Source: an uncultured Acidobacteriota bacterium
GTDB lineage: Bacteria; Acidobacteriota; UBA6911
Reading direction: 5' to 3'
DNA: 45,088 bases
Assembly (NCBI GenBank): GCA_963827655.1
Contig: CAWHCF010000016.1
Span: 1-45,088, forward strand
How positions within the stretch are numbered: position 1 is the stretch's first letter; each line of letters starts with the position of its first letter. The notes under the pieces were generated by a model, which was given only the letters and a program-made list of their open reading frames with translations, was not told the origin of the DNA and did no database searches. Shown one piece after another: positions 29,492 through 39,045 of the stretch. The translations under genes and the position numbers were made by a program.

Positions 29492-32359
29492 TCAGGGGCT
29501 GGCCTTCCAATTCAAGAGGACGATGATAGGCGAGCTGGCTTCTTCCATAATCGTGTTCATCAGAAACCGCTGGCCGTCGGGGGAGACCATGTACTGCTGC
29601 CTGTCAGCACCCCGAGCGGCGCCGCCTATATGAGTGGTGAACAGCACCCTAGGTGCTCCCACCTCGATCGACTGGCCATTTGACGCGAATCGCATCGGAA
29701 CCGCCATCAGTCGGCCGTCCAGCGCGACGTAGAACAATTCCTTGCCGTCCCGTCGCCAGCGCACCTGGGCGCCTCCATTTCTGGAAACTGCCGACTTGGG
29801 TCCAGGGCCGGGAAACGGCTGCACGTAGATCTCGAAGTGTCCCGTCTCGTTCGACTGATAGGCGACCCACCTCCCGTCAGGAGAGAGTTGCCCGTTCGTC
29901 TCATCGAAATTCGTTCGCACAACCTGCACCCGAGTCCCCGGCCTCCCGCTCCCGTCCATTGGTAATGCCCAGATATCCCAACCCGTCTTCGGGTCGCTGC
30001 TGCGATAAAGAAGGAAGCGGCCGTCGGTCGACCAGTCCGTGGCGGCCTTGGGCTGGTCCGTCTCGAGTAATAATTCCGCCTTTCCATCGCTGACCGACAT
30101 GCGAAACAAATCGGTAACTTTCTTCGCAATCGACGCGAAGACGATTTTGCTTCCATCGGGCGACCAGATCGGACGGATAGCACCCGCACCCGCAACACCG
30201 GTAATCTCCTCAGACGTGAAGCGACTGGGGGCGGCGGCGCGCCCGGTTTCCAGCAACCAGATGTCCGGTCTCCCGTTTACCGTTCGATACAACGCGACAC
30301 GGTGCTCGTCGGGTGAAAGTGATGGGTCCAGTGGATCCGCGTTATCAGGATCGCCCACTCTCCCAATCTCCTTCCCGGATCGATCGAGCCACAGGAACTG
30401 CCGCCTGCCGGCCGCCGAGCCGGCGCGATAGATGACGATGCCCGTGGACGATGCTGACACTGCCGCCGCGTATTTCGCAGGGTCAAACGCCACACGTTCG
30501 TCTACTGGAAACGGATTCCCGCTCAATACCGTTCCGACGGGATCGAATGCCTGGCCAAAGAGCGTCCCCTGCCGGACAAAGAGCAGGTGACCGGAGGATA
30601 CATATACTGCGGCAGTATGGGCATCGAGCAACCGCCGGGGCTCGGAGCCACTGAGATCGCCGACGTAAATACCGCGAGCTTCGGGACTACCTGCGGCGTA
30701 GTAGAGGAAGTGACGCCCATCGGGGAGGAACTGCGGCAAACGGTGACGTGTATGACGGGGCGGGTCAGTGCGCGTCACGTTCACACGTGTCGGCAGGGCC
30801 GGCCCTCCACCTGTTGCGGAGACTCGGCTGATCGGACCGAACATCGGAGCTGAATAGAGTATCGTGTCATCGGCGTTCCACGTGCCGCCGCAAGCCAGCG
30901 CCGTCGCCAATACTCGGACAGATCCACTGTCGACATCGATCCGCTTGAGCTTGCCGTCTGCAAAGAATCCGACGGAGCCGTTATTGGGCGACCAAAACGG
31001 GCACGACGCGCCGTCGGTCCCCTCTAGCGGCCGCGACGAAACGGAACCCAGCGAACGCAGCCACAAGCGCGATCGCCCTTCGTGAGTGGCGACAAAGACT
31101 AGCTTGCGCCCGTCCGGGGAAATCGCAAGGGACACTGGATCCGCGCTCGGCGGAGTGGTGATTTCGAGGCGCATCTCGAGGAATGGCGGCTCCGGGCGCA
31201 ACCTCCACAGTACGAGCAGCCCAGCGATCAGCGCCAGGAGCGAGATGCTCGATATCCATACGAGACGCTTGCTGGGCACGTGCCGCTCCACTACCGGGAT
31301 GTCTCTCTGTGGCTGGTTCTGATCGCTGGCGATCTCAATACGGGCATCGCCGATATCGCGTAGCCTCCAGAGAAGATCCTTGTGCAAGCAACGGCGCAGC
31401 AGATCCTCAACTCTTGCGGGAACCATCCTCGGTAGCGCGCTCCAATCCGGTTCTCGTTCTACGATAGCTGCCAGCGTGTCGGTGACCGTCTCTTTCTCGA
31501 AGGCCCTCTTTCCCGTCAGCGCCTCGTAGAGCACACATCCAAACGCCCAAATATCCGTGCGTTTATCGGCGTGTTTGCCACGGGTTTGCTCCGGGCTCAT
31601 GTATGACGGCGTACCCAGTACCACGCCCACACTGATGCTGTCCGGTGAAACTGGCGGCGCGTCCGTCGACATCATCTTCGCAATCCCGAAGTCCAGCACT
31701 TTCACGACCCCGTTGGGCGTGATCATCACGTTTCCCGGCTTCAGATCCCGATGCACGATCCCTACCTCGTGCGCCGCTTCCAGCGCCTCCGCAATCTGAC
31801 GGCAGATGACGAGCGCTTCAGCCACAGGGATCCGGCCTCGCTTCAGCCGGCCCGCCAATGTCTCACCCTCGACGAACTCCAGGACCAGACACCGAACGGC
31901 TTCCGATTCCTCCAGGTCGTATATCCCGGCAATGTTGGGATGGCTCAATGAAGCGAGCAGCTTCGCTTCCCGCTCGGAACGATCCAGGTAGTCGCGGTCC
32001 CTGGAGAATTCCTCGGGCAGGACTTTCAGCGCCACATCGCGGCCCAGTCGGGTGTCGCGGGCCCGATAGACCACTCCCATTCCTCCGGCTCCGATCAAAG
32101 AGAGCACCTGGTAATGCCCGATTTGGCGGCCGATGAGCGGTTCGGTGTGATTTCGATCGATAATGTCAGCGGCCACGTCCACGCCTGCCCGTTCGACGAA
32201 GCTCAGTCCCTGATCGCGGGAGGCGAGAAGCGACTCCACTTCCCGGCGGAGCTCGATGTCCGCGCAGGCTTCAGCAAGAAAGCGTGTCCGCCGGTCCGGT
32301 TGCAATTCGATGGAAGCATGGTAGAGTCTTTCGATCTCCTTCCACTGTTCCGGCTTCAT
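29492..32359 (-). CDS. Hanks-type Ser/Thr protein kinase with TM helix and TolB/PD40-like beta-propeller
   Basis: IGAGGMGVVY, VALK, HRDLKPGN, DFG, GTPSYMSPE, DIWAFG; TM LVWISSISLLALIAGLLVLW; repeated SPDG...F/Y propeller blades. Confidence 0.96.
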   Translation of the reverse strand: MKPEQWKEIERLYHASIELQPDRRTRFLAEACADIELRREVESLLASRDQGLSFVERAGVDVAADIIDRNHTEPLIGRQIGHYQVLSLIGAGGMGVVYRARDTRLGRDVALKVLPEEFSRDRDYLDRSEREAKLLASLSHPNIAGIYDLEESEAVRCLVLEFVEGETLAGRLKRGRIPVAEALVICRQIAEALEAAHEVGIVHRDLKPGNVMITPNGVVKVLDFGIAKMMSTDAPPVSPDSISVGVVLGTPSYMSPEQTRGKHADKRTDIWAFGCVLYEALTGKRAFEKETVTDTLAAIVEREPDWSALPRMVPARVEDLLRRCLHKDLLWRLRDIGDARIEIASDQNQPQRDIPVVERHVPSKRLVWISSISLLALIAGLLVLWRLRPEPPFLEMRLEITTPPSADPVSLAISPDGRKLVFVATHEGRSRLWLRSLGSVSSRPLEGTDGASCPFWSPNNGSVGFFADGKLKRIDVDSGSVRVLATALACGGTWNADDTILYSAPMFGPISRVSATGGGPALPTRVNVTRTDPPRHTRHRLPQFLPDGRHFLYYAAGSPEARGIYVGDLSGSEPRRLLDAHTAAVYVSSGHLLFVRQGTLFGQAFDPVGTVLSGNPFPVDERVAFDPAKYAAAVSASSTGIVIYRAGSAAGRRQFLWLDRSGKEIGRVGDPDNADPLDPSLSPDEHRVALYRTVNGRPDIWLLETGRAAAPSRFTSEEITGVAGAGAIRPIWSPDGSKIVFASIAKKVTDLFRMSVSDGKAELLLETDQPKAATDWSTDGRFLLYRSSDPKTGWDIWALPMDGSGRPGTRVQVVRTNFDETNGQLSPDGRWVAYQSNETGHFEIYVQPFPGPGPKSAVSRNGGAQVRWRRDGKELFYVALDGRLMAVPMRFASNGQSIEVGAPRVLFTTHIGGAARGADRQQYMVSPDGQRFLMNTIMEEASSPIIVLLNWKASP

Positions 32360-32931
32360 ATCTCTTTCCTTGAACCCAGCTCACGACTGAGCCAGGCTTT
32401 CGCCAGATCCCATTCCCTAAGAACCGTCCGGGATGATACTTTCAGTACTTCAGCCGTTTCCTCCAGGCTCAATCCAGCGAAGAACCGTAACTCTACAATT
32501 TCGCTTTTGCGTCGGTCGATGACGGACAAGCTTTGAAGTGCCTCATCGAGAGCCACGATCTCGCGAGCCCGATCGCGTGAAACGGCGGGCGCCTCCTCCA
32601 ACGAAATCACCATACGTACGCCGCCCCCGCGTTTCGCGTAATTTCGCGAGCGGGCAAAATCCACGAGAATCCGGCGCATCAGTCGTGCCGCCACACCGAA
32701 GAATTGCGCACGGTTCTTCCAGCGGACATTCTTCCAGTCGATCAGGCGCACGTAGGCTTCGTTGATCAGCGCGGTCGTTTGCAGCGTGTGGTTGGAACGC
32801 TCTCGCCGTATGTACCGGTGTGCCATGCGATGCAGTTCCGCATAGAGCAGCGGCGTCAGCTTTGCCAGGGCTTGCTCATCACCCTCGCCCCAATCGCGGA
32901 GCAGCTGCGTGATTTCCTCGCTGGATGACAT
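32356..32931 (-). CDS. ECF sigma-70 factor (kinase-associated, TIGR02999-like)
   Basis: ITQLLRDWGEGDEQAL, HTLQTTALINEAY, MRRILVDFAR, VELRFFAGLSLEETA, REWDLAKAWL; stop overlaps the kinase start. Confidence 0.95.
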   Translation of the reverse strand: MSSSEEITQLLRDWGEGDEQALAKLTPLLYAELHRMAHRYIRRERSNHTLQTTALINEAYVRLIDWKNVRWKNRAQFFGVAARLMRRILVDFARSRNYAKRGGGVRMVISLEEAPAVSRDRAREIVALDEALQSLSVIDRRKSEIVELRFFAGLSLEETAEVLKVSSRTVLREWDLAKAWLSRELGSRKEI

Positions 32932-33056
32932 GAAACGTTTTCCTGGGATCTTTGCACCAAAATAGCACAAATGGATGGGGCCTGCCAACTTAGGCGATAC
33001 GGATACGCGTGGCGCCCCACTGAACTGTCAGATTTAAGACGATCAACGTCTCCTCC

Positions 33057-33209
33057 GGTTCCCCCATCGGGGAATGAAATGTGCGCGTGATTCTCAGAGC
33101 GTGTCGCATTTCAGACCCCGATTCAGCGCCTTAAGTTCTGGAGGACAACTGGACCGTATGACTTTTCCATTCACAACATCTCGCCGGTTTAACCAGGCGC
33201 ACAAGGAGA
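33057..33209 (+). promoter_or_regulatory. Conserved leader with putative ECF promoter (TGTCGC ... CGCC), copy 1
   Basis: Nearly identical to 34885-35034. TGTCGCATTT at 33102 and CGCCTT at 33127 as -35/-10 is inference. Confidence 0.55.
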
Positions 33210-33300
33210 TTTTGCCAAGCTTGTGCTGGCGGAAAAACTCAAAGCATACGCCACCGCCCAAGAGGACCCGAAGGAGACAAACAATCATAGGAGACTAACG

Positions 33301-34200
33301 ATGACTACAAAAAGAAACCGACTCTTAACAGTTGGATTCGCAATGCTCTCGATAGCAACACTCATCAACGAATCGTCAGCGGTTCAGGCAGGGTCTGCTA
33401 TCTTCACGTCAATCGATTTCCCTAACGCTACTGCCACTGGCGGTCCCGCCAGATGGCTCGGAATCGATCCTCTCGGCGATGTCGTGGGGGCGTATCGGAC
33501 GGCTGCCGATAATATAGCTCATGGTTTCCTGCTGAGGGGGAACGAATACACTTCGTTCGATCATCCTAGCTCTACTGGGGGCACGTTTGCCAACGCGATC
33601 AATCCTAAGGGCGATATCGTGGGAGGTTACTTCGCAGGGGCGTTCGGCCATTCATATCTTTTGAGGACGGGCGCTTTCAACTCCTTCGATCCTCCCGGCG
33701 CGACGATTAGCTTCGCGCTTGGGATTAACGCTGGCGGCGATATCGTGGGAGCCTACAATACTGGTTCTACCAGTCTCACCACCGGTTCGCGCGGATATCT
33801 GCTAAGGAATGGCGAGTTCACATCCATCGATATCCCCGGCGCGATCTACACATGGGCAATGGGCATTAACTCCGAGGGCACGATCGTGGGACGCTACCAA
33901 AGTGGCGACGGCAGGGTTCACGGATACCTGCTCTACCAACACACCTTCACTCCGCTGGATTTCCCAGACAGTCTGTTCACTGAGCCGCGAGCTATCAGCC
34001 CGCGCGGCGATGTTGTCGGAACGTATCAAAGCGCCGATGGCAAATTTCACGCGTTCCTGCTAAACGGTGGCGAGTTCACATCCATTGATTTCCCCGGCGC
34101 TGTGGCGACGTACGGCCAAGGTATCAACCCTCAAGGGAACGTTGTTGGAAGTTACATGACTGCTGACGGCAAGTTTCATGGCTTTTTGCTGACGTCCTGA
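33301..34200 (+). CDS. Secreted HAF-type extracellular repeat protein
   Basis: ATG after AGGAGA; signal peptide; about 6 repeats of FTSIDxPG...GINxxGxIVG.Y...HGF/HAFLL. Confidence 0.88.
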   Translation: MTTKRNRLLTVGFAMLSIATLINESSAVQAGSAIFTSIDFPNATATGGPARWLGIDPLGDVVGAYRTAADNIAHGFLLRGNEYTSFDHPSSTGGTFANAINPKGDIVGGYFAGAFGHSYLLRTGAFNSFDPPGATISFALGINAGGDIVGAYNTGSTSLTTGSRGYLLRNGEFTSIDIPGAIYTWAMGINSEGTIVGRYQSGDGRVHGYLLYQHTFTPLDFPDSLFTEPRAISPRGDVVGTYQSADGKFHAFLLNGGEFTSIDFPGAVATYGQGINPQGNVVGSYMTADGKFHGFLLTS

Positions 34201-34451
34201 CGTTTTCAGGTTCGATGTCGCGGTGGGTGATTCTCGCGTCATGGGCAACGCGGAGAGCCTGAGCCATCTGTCTTGCACACTTGATATTTCGGTTGAGCAG
34301 GGCTGACCGATGATCTCGCGAGTCTTCGTGCCAGCTACCAGCTCTGGAGAGGGACCGTTGAGGGCGATAGCGGTATCGATGGGCGCCCGCGATCCTGCCA
34401 GCGCCCGGTCGGCGTCCTGGAACTCAGCCTATTTGCCCGCGCCGAGAGCGG

Positions 34452-34532
34452 CGGCGTCAGCTTTGCCAGGGCTTGCTCATCGCCCTCGCCCCAATCGCAG
34501 AGCAGCTGCGTGATTTCCTGGCTGGATGACAT
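34452..34532 (-). pseudogene. Truncated duplicate of the ECF sigma factor (first 27 codons)
   Basis: MSSSQEITQLLCDWGEGDEQALAKLTP versus MSSSEEITQLLRDWGEGDEQALAKLTP; the upstream ~60 bp is also conserved. Confidence 0.88.
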
Positions 34533-34621
34533 GAAGCATTTTCCCGGGATCTTGACCAAAATAGCACAAATGCATGGTGCCTGCCACCTTAGCACCGCAA
34601 GTCGCTATTACTGCGACGTGT

Positions 34622-34884
34622 TTTGGAGTGCGTCAGCTTGCTGCCGCCTTGGTTGGGCGAAGCTTGCTTCGCCGGACGGTCATGGCACTCACATGATTCT
34701 CTTCATTGAGTGAAATTCAAACGCTTCCGACCTTTTCCGAAGTCTCGTGAGGGAGAGCAGAGGGAAATTGCGTCCGTAGGGTGAGAGCTTGTCTATAGCG
34801 ATTGAATAGAACTGGCCGAATCTTTGAGCTCCAGATGGGTAGTCCTCCTCTGGCCTTGCGCGAAGCAAGCTTGCGCACTCCAAA
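34622..34884. mobile_element. REPIN/MITE-like element
   Basis: 11-bp perfect terminal inverted repeat TTTGGAGTGCG / CGCACTCCAAA; internal hairpin GGCGAAGC-TT-GCTTCGCC; absent at the equivalent place in the paralogous intergenic copy. Confidence 0.75.
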
Positions 34885-35034
34885 GGTTCCCCATCGCGAA
34901 TGAAATGTGCGCGTGATTATCAGAGCGTGTCGCATTTCAGACCCGATTCACGCCTTAGGTTCTGGAGGACAACTGGACCGTATGACTTTTCCATTCACAA
35001 CATCTCGCCCGGTTTAACCAGGCACACAAGGAGA
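34885..35034 (+). promoter_or_regulatory. Conserved leader with putative ECF promoter, copy 2
   Basis: Duplicate of 33057-33209, ending in RBS AAGGAGA before ATG 35039. Confidence 0.55.
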
Positions 35035-35038
35035 CGCC

Positions 35039-35977
35039 ATGAAAGGTAACATTTACAGCATCAGCCTCGCTCTGACTGTCCTGCTAGTGCTGGGTCTGGT
35101 CGAGTACAATGCCGATGCTGCCTCGAAGTTTTCGGACTGGTCTGCTCCGGTGAACCTCGGGCCCATCGTCAATTCGCCGTTCAACGATTTCGCGCCGGCC
35201 GATTCCAAGAAAGGGCTGAGCCTGTACTTCAGTTCGGATCGACCCGGCGGCTTCGGTTCCATCGACATCTGGGTCTCGCAGCGCAACAGTGTTGACGACC
35301 CGTGGGGCCTCCCCGTGAATCTGGGGCCGCCGGTCAATACGTCTTTCGGGGAACGCGCGCCACACTTCTCTCGAGACGGTCACTGGATGTTCTTTGTCAG
35401 CGAGCGCCCCGGCGGAGTCGGGGGCGACGACATCTGGGCTTCCTGGCGAACGAACATTCACGACGACTTCGCCTGGCAGCCGCCGATCAATCTGGGGCCC
35501 GGCGTCAACACTGCAACGTTTGACGGGGGTGGGGCCTTTTTCGAGAACGACGAGGCGGGCACGCCGCTGCTCTTTTTCGGGAGCACGCGAGCCGGAGGGC
35601 CTGGGGGGGAAGATATCTACGTCAGCGCCCAGACGGCGGAGGGATCGTTCGGCCCTGCGACGCTCGTGTCAGAGCTCAGCAGTCCGCAAGCCGACCGGCG
35701 ACCCACGATTCGTTTCGACGGCCTGGAGATCATTTTCTTCTCAAATCGTCCTGGCACGTTCGGCGGCGCCGATCTTTGGGCATCCACCCGCCAGAGCGTG
35801 TTCGACAGCTGGTCGGTGCCCGAGAATCTTGGTCCCGTGGTGAATAGCACCTCGAACGATGCGCCGTCGTACCTGTCGTCCGACGGGCGCACTCTCTTCT
35901 TTACCTCCGATCGTCCGGGGGGCTTCGGCGGGCTAGACCTCTACGTAACCACGCGGACGAAGGCCCATGGGCACTGA
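35039..35977 (+). CDS. Secreted PD40 (WD40-like/TolB) beta-propeller protein
   Basis: Signal peptide; about 5 repeats of W..PxNLGP.VN...P.hS.DG..LxFxSxRPGGxGxxDIW/Y. Confidence 0.9.
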   Translation: MKGNIYSISLALTVLLVLGLVEYNADAASKFSDWSAPVNLGPIVNSPFNDFAPADSKKGLSLYFSSDRPGGFGSIDIWVSQRNSVDDPWGLPVNLGPPVNTSFGERAPHFSRDGHWMFFVSERPGGVGGDDIWASWRTNIHDDFAWQPPINLGPGVNTATFDGGGAFFENDEAGTPLLFFGSTRAGGPGGEDIYVSAQTAEGSFGPATLVSELSSPQADRRPTIRFDGLEIIFFSNRPGTFGGADLWASTRQSVFDSWSVPENLGPVVNSTSNDAPSYLSSDGRTLFFTSDRPGGFGGLDLYVTTRTKAHGH

Positions 35978-36042
35978 TCGAGTCCGTGGTGTCGCGTCAT
36001 CTTCGTGGAGATCCGATGAGGCCCATGCGAACTGCGATCTTG

Positions 36043-37684
36043 CTACTCGGCTTTGATCAGCATCAGGGTGATGTCGTCGTGCTGCGGCGCGCCGTCGACA
36101 AAACGGTCGATGCGCTCGAACACTTCCGCGACCATCTCCGCAGCGGGCCGGGCTGCGAGTTCCTTCAGCACCGCGATAAATCTCTCATCCCCGTATTGAA
36201 CTTCGCTGGGATTCTGCGCCTCCACGATTCCGTCTGAATACAATGCCAGGAGATCGCCCGCGCGCAGCTGGACTTCCGCCCCCTGGAAAGGAATTCGGGG
36301 AATCAGACCCAGCGGCGGGCCGGTGGATTTTAACGACTCGACCTCGCCGTTCGATCGAATGAGAATTCCATCATTGTGGCCCGCATTCACGTATTGGATC
36401 TTCCTTGTCCCGGGTTCGATATGCGCAAGGATCGCCGTGGCGTACCGGTTTGAACGGCGTCGTGGCATACAGCAATTCACTCGTGCGAGTCGCCAGCTCG
36501 ATGATGGATTTCTTTTCGTCGAGCAGAGCGCGCAGCGTTGCCTGGATATTGCTCATCAGCAACGAGGCCGGGATCCCCTTGCCCGAGATGTCCGCAACGC
36601 AGAATAGATACGAAATCCGATCCGCCGTGTCCCGGATCACCAGGGCATCGTAATAATCGCCTCCCACCTGGCGCGCAGGGCGATTCTGAGCCGCCAGATC
36701 CAGACCCTCGAGCGAAGGCATCGCGGCGGGAAAGAGGTCGCGCTGAATGCCGGCCGCCAGATCGATCTCTTGTTCGATCTTCTTCTTTTCGAGCGTTTCC
36801 TGAAAATGCCACGAGTTGTCGAAGGCGACCATGGCCTGGGCGACCAGGCCGGCTCCGAATTCGAGGTCAGATTCATGATAGGCCAAACCGCCCGGGCGCG
36901 GGCCAAGGACTACCAGCCCCTCGGGGGAGGAACCCGCCTTTATCGGAAACAGGACCGTGCCCTGCCTGCGCTGGAGCGACGCTCTCAGGCTGCTGTCAGG
37001 AAGATCGGATACGAGGAGCGGCGCCTCAACACATTCAATGTCTCGCCTGAGGCTCCCGACATCCGGTAGTTCCAGCCCACGCTCGCGACGAACAACTGGA
37101 TGACCATCCTTCCAGGCCGCTACGGCGTATCGGCCCACGGCCCAGCGGCCAGCCAGCGTCAGAGCAAGCAGGTGCGCGACTTCACTGGCGTCCACCGTTG
37201 AAGTCAGATTATGGACCAGCTCCAGCAAGGTTCTCAGGTCCTGGACCTTCCGATTCAGGTCCTGGTTGAGCTGCTGGACTTCGGCATGTGAGCGCGCATT
37301 GTTGATGCCGCTTGACGCTATGCCGAACAGGGCATTCAGAAAGGCTTCTTCGTCATTGTCCGCCCGCCTGGCCGCGCGGCCTATTGCCAGGATCCCCGCT
37401 GGAAAATCACCGGTTCCAAGGGGAAAAAACCGTTCGATTCCGGCTGCGCGCGCGATCCCTTCATCAAAAACATCCCCGGGCTTGAAACCCGGCAAGCCGC
37501 GAAGAAGCGCCAGCCGCATTCCATCCTGATCTGAGATCGCAATCAGTCCCCGGCTAGCCAGGAGGCGACCCATCACGGTGCGGAGCAGGTGCCCGAGAAG
37601 AGAATTCAGGTCCAGTGAGGCATGCAGAAGGTGAGCGGATTCCAGAAGCGCTTCGAGCCGGGAAGTTCCCAGTGTTGCTTTCAT
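36043..37684 (-). CDS. GAF-domain PP2C/SpoIIE (RsbU-like) phosphatase; frameshift near 36455
   Basis: AAGIQRDLFP, VGGDYYD, ADISGKGIPASLLM; next frame YVNAGHN, LYSDGIVEA, QHDDITL. Confidence 0.9.
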
Positions 37685-37821
37685 CTTTAACGTCTTCGCG
37701 GTAGTTGTGGTTTTACTCCTGCGATTCCGACAGTAGCGGGTCAATAGCCCGACGTGCCAAGGCGGGGAGCGCAAGACCGGGTAGTCCAAGATCCGAAGGA
37801 GCGGCATTCCCGCTGTGCCCT

Positions 37822-37938
37822 ACCCTCGGCACTCGTGGTTGTGAGACCTAAATTCTCGAACAACCGCAACAGACGGGTCCCGAGCACGTGCACGACCACG
37901 TTGACGTGCACGTGATCGTGGACGTGGTCGGTTTTTTC
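37822..37938 (-). repeat. ~120-bp hexamer-core dispersed element, copy 2 (inverted); REP-like palindromes adjoin at about 37745-37820
   Basis: Reverse complement GAAAAAACCGACCACGTCCACGATCACGTGCACGTCAACGTGGTCGTGCACGTGCTCG...CTGTTGCGGTTGTTCG...TCACAACCA matches 12827-12948. Confidence 0.85.
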
Positions 37939-37949
37939 GTCACGATCGG

Positions 37950-38384
37950 CTACATTCTGCAACTTGAAGCAGCCGAGACCCGTGACCATACTCGTCGCCG
38001 TCGGAGTTCATCTTCCGTTCGATGACACTCATGGCCGGGCCCGCGGCTGGCCACGTATTGCGGTCGAATCGATCCGCTCCTGGCGAGGGATCGAGCTCGG
38101 GTCGAACCGACGGACTGGCGGAGACTCTGGCGGCCGCCGGGCAGAGCATCGTCGGCTTGAGCGGCCGTGTAGCTTTGCCAGTCTACGGTGGCGATACCCA
38201 GCGAAGCGGCGAAGTCCCGCGCCCTGGCAATCATCGCCTCCCGATCCAGCGAGAATCCGAGGTCAAGGCTCTTCGACTGTTCGTACAAGAAAAGTACTCC
38301 GAACAGGTAAGCGAGCGGCGACAGGGCGAGGAAAAGAATCCAGGTCTTTCCTGATCTTGACGAGGGAGCTTGGTTTAGCAGCAT
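37950..38384 (-). pseudogene. Probable 5' fragment of a membrane sensor protein
   Basis: One TM helix then FSLDREAMIARARDFAASLG; after about residue 80 the reading loses protein-like character and ends next to the repeat element. Confidence 0.45.
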
Positions 38385-38553
38385 GTTTGGCGGAAAGCTG
38401 GCTACGAAGACGCGCTCAGAATAATGGTTTTAGGCTGGAATGGCAATTGTTATCGGGGAACCTTAGTGTTTCTTGGGGTCTTCGTGTCTTCGTGGTTAAA
38501 GCTGCAGAACAAATACCTCTAAGACGCGAAGACACGATAGAATGCAGTAAGCT

Positions 38554-38967
38554 ATGAGACGAATCTTCGAGATAACCACGCGCCAGCGGGAAGAGCTGGT
38601 CGATATCACGGGTGAAGTTCGAGAGGCCGCTAGCCAGTCCGGTATTCAGAATGGTCTGGTAGCGCTGTATGCCCAGGGCGCAACGGCTGCGATCATGATT
38701 CAGGAAAACTGGGACGAAAGCGTCCAGACCGACGTCGTCCAGTTTCTGCGGAAGCTCATTCCGCCAGGGGTCTGGCTTCACGACCGGCAGGATGATAATG
38801 GAGACGCGCACATCAAGGCGGGGCTCGTGGGGCCTTCGGAAACGATTCCCTTGATCGGTGGAAAGCTGGGGCTGTCGCGGTGGCAGAACGTGTTCTTTTG
38901 CGAGTTCGACGGACCGCGAGACAAGCGCGCGGTCGTATGCACGATCCTCCCGGATCCGTCGCCCTGA
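38554..38967 (+). CDS. yjbQ: YjbQ/UPF0047 family protein (secondary thiamine-phosphate synthase enzyme)
   Basis: VDITGEV, TAAIMIQEN.D..V..D, HD...NGDAHIKA, WQNVFFCEFDGPR. Confidence 0.92.
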   Translation: MRRIFEITTRQREELVDITGEVREAASQSGIQNGLVALYAQGATAAIMIQENWDESVQTDVVQFLRKLIPPGVWLHDRQDDNGDAHIKAGLVGPSETIPLIGGKLGLSRWQNVFFCEFDGPRDKRAVVCTILPDPSP

Positions 38968-39045
38968 AGACCATGTTCTCTTAGCGTTTCTTCGAGTCTT
39001 TGAGTCTTAGAGGTTGGTTTTGTTCCCCCGTCCAAGATACTCAGC

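Noticed and set aside
37741-37989. His/Val-rich small ORF (DHVHDHVHVNVVVHV) as a metal-binding peptide
   Set aside because: It is the translation of the hexamer DNA repeat; the other copy has no equivalent ORF in the track.
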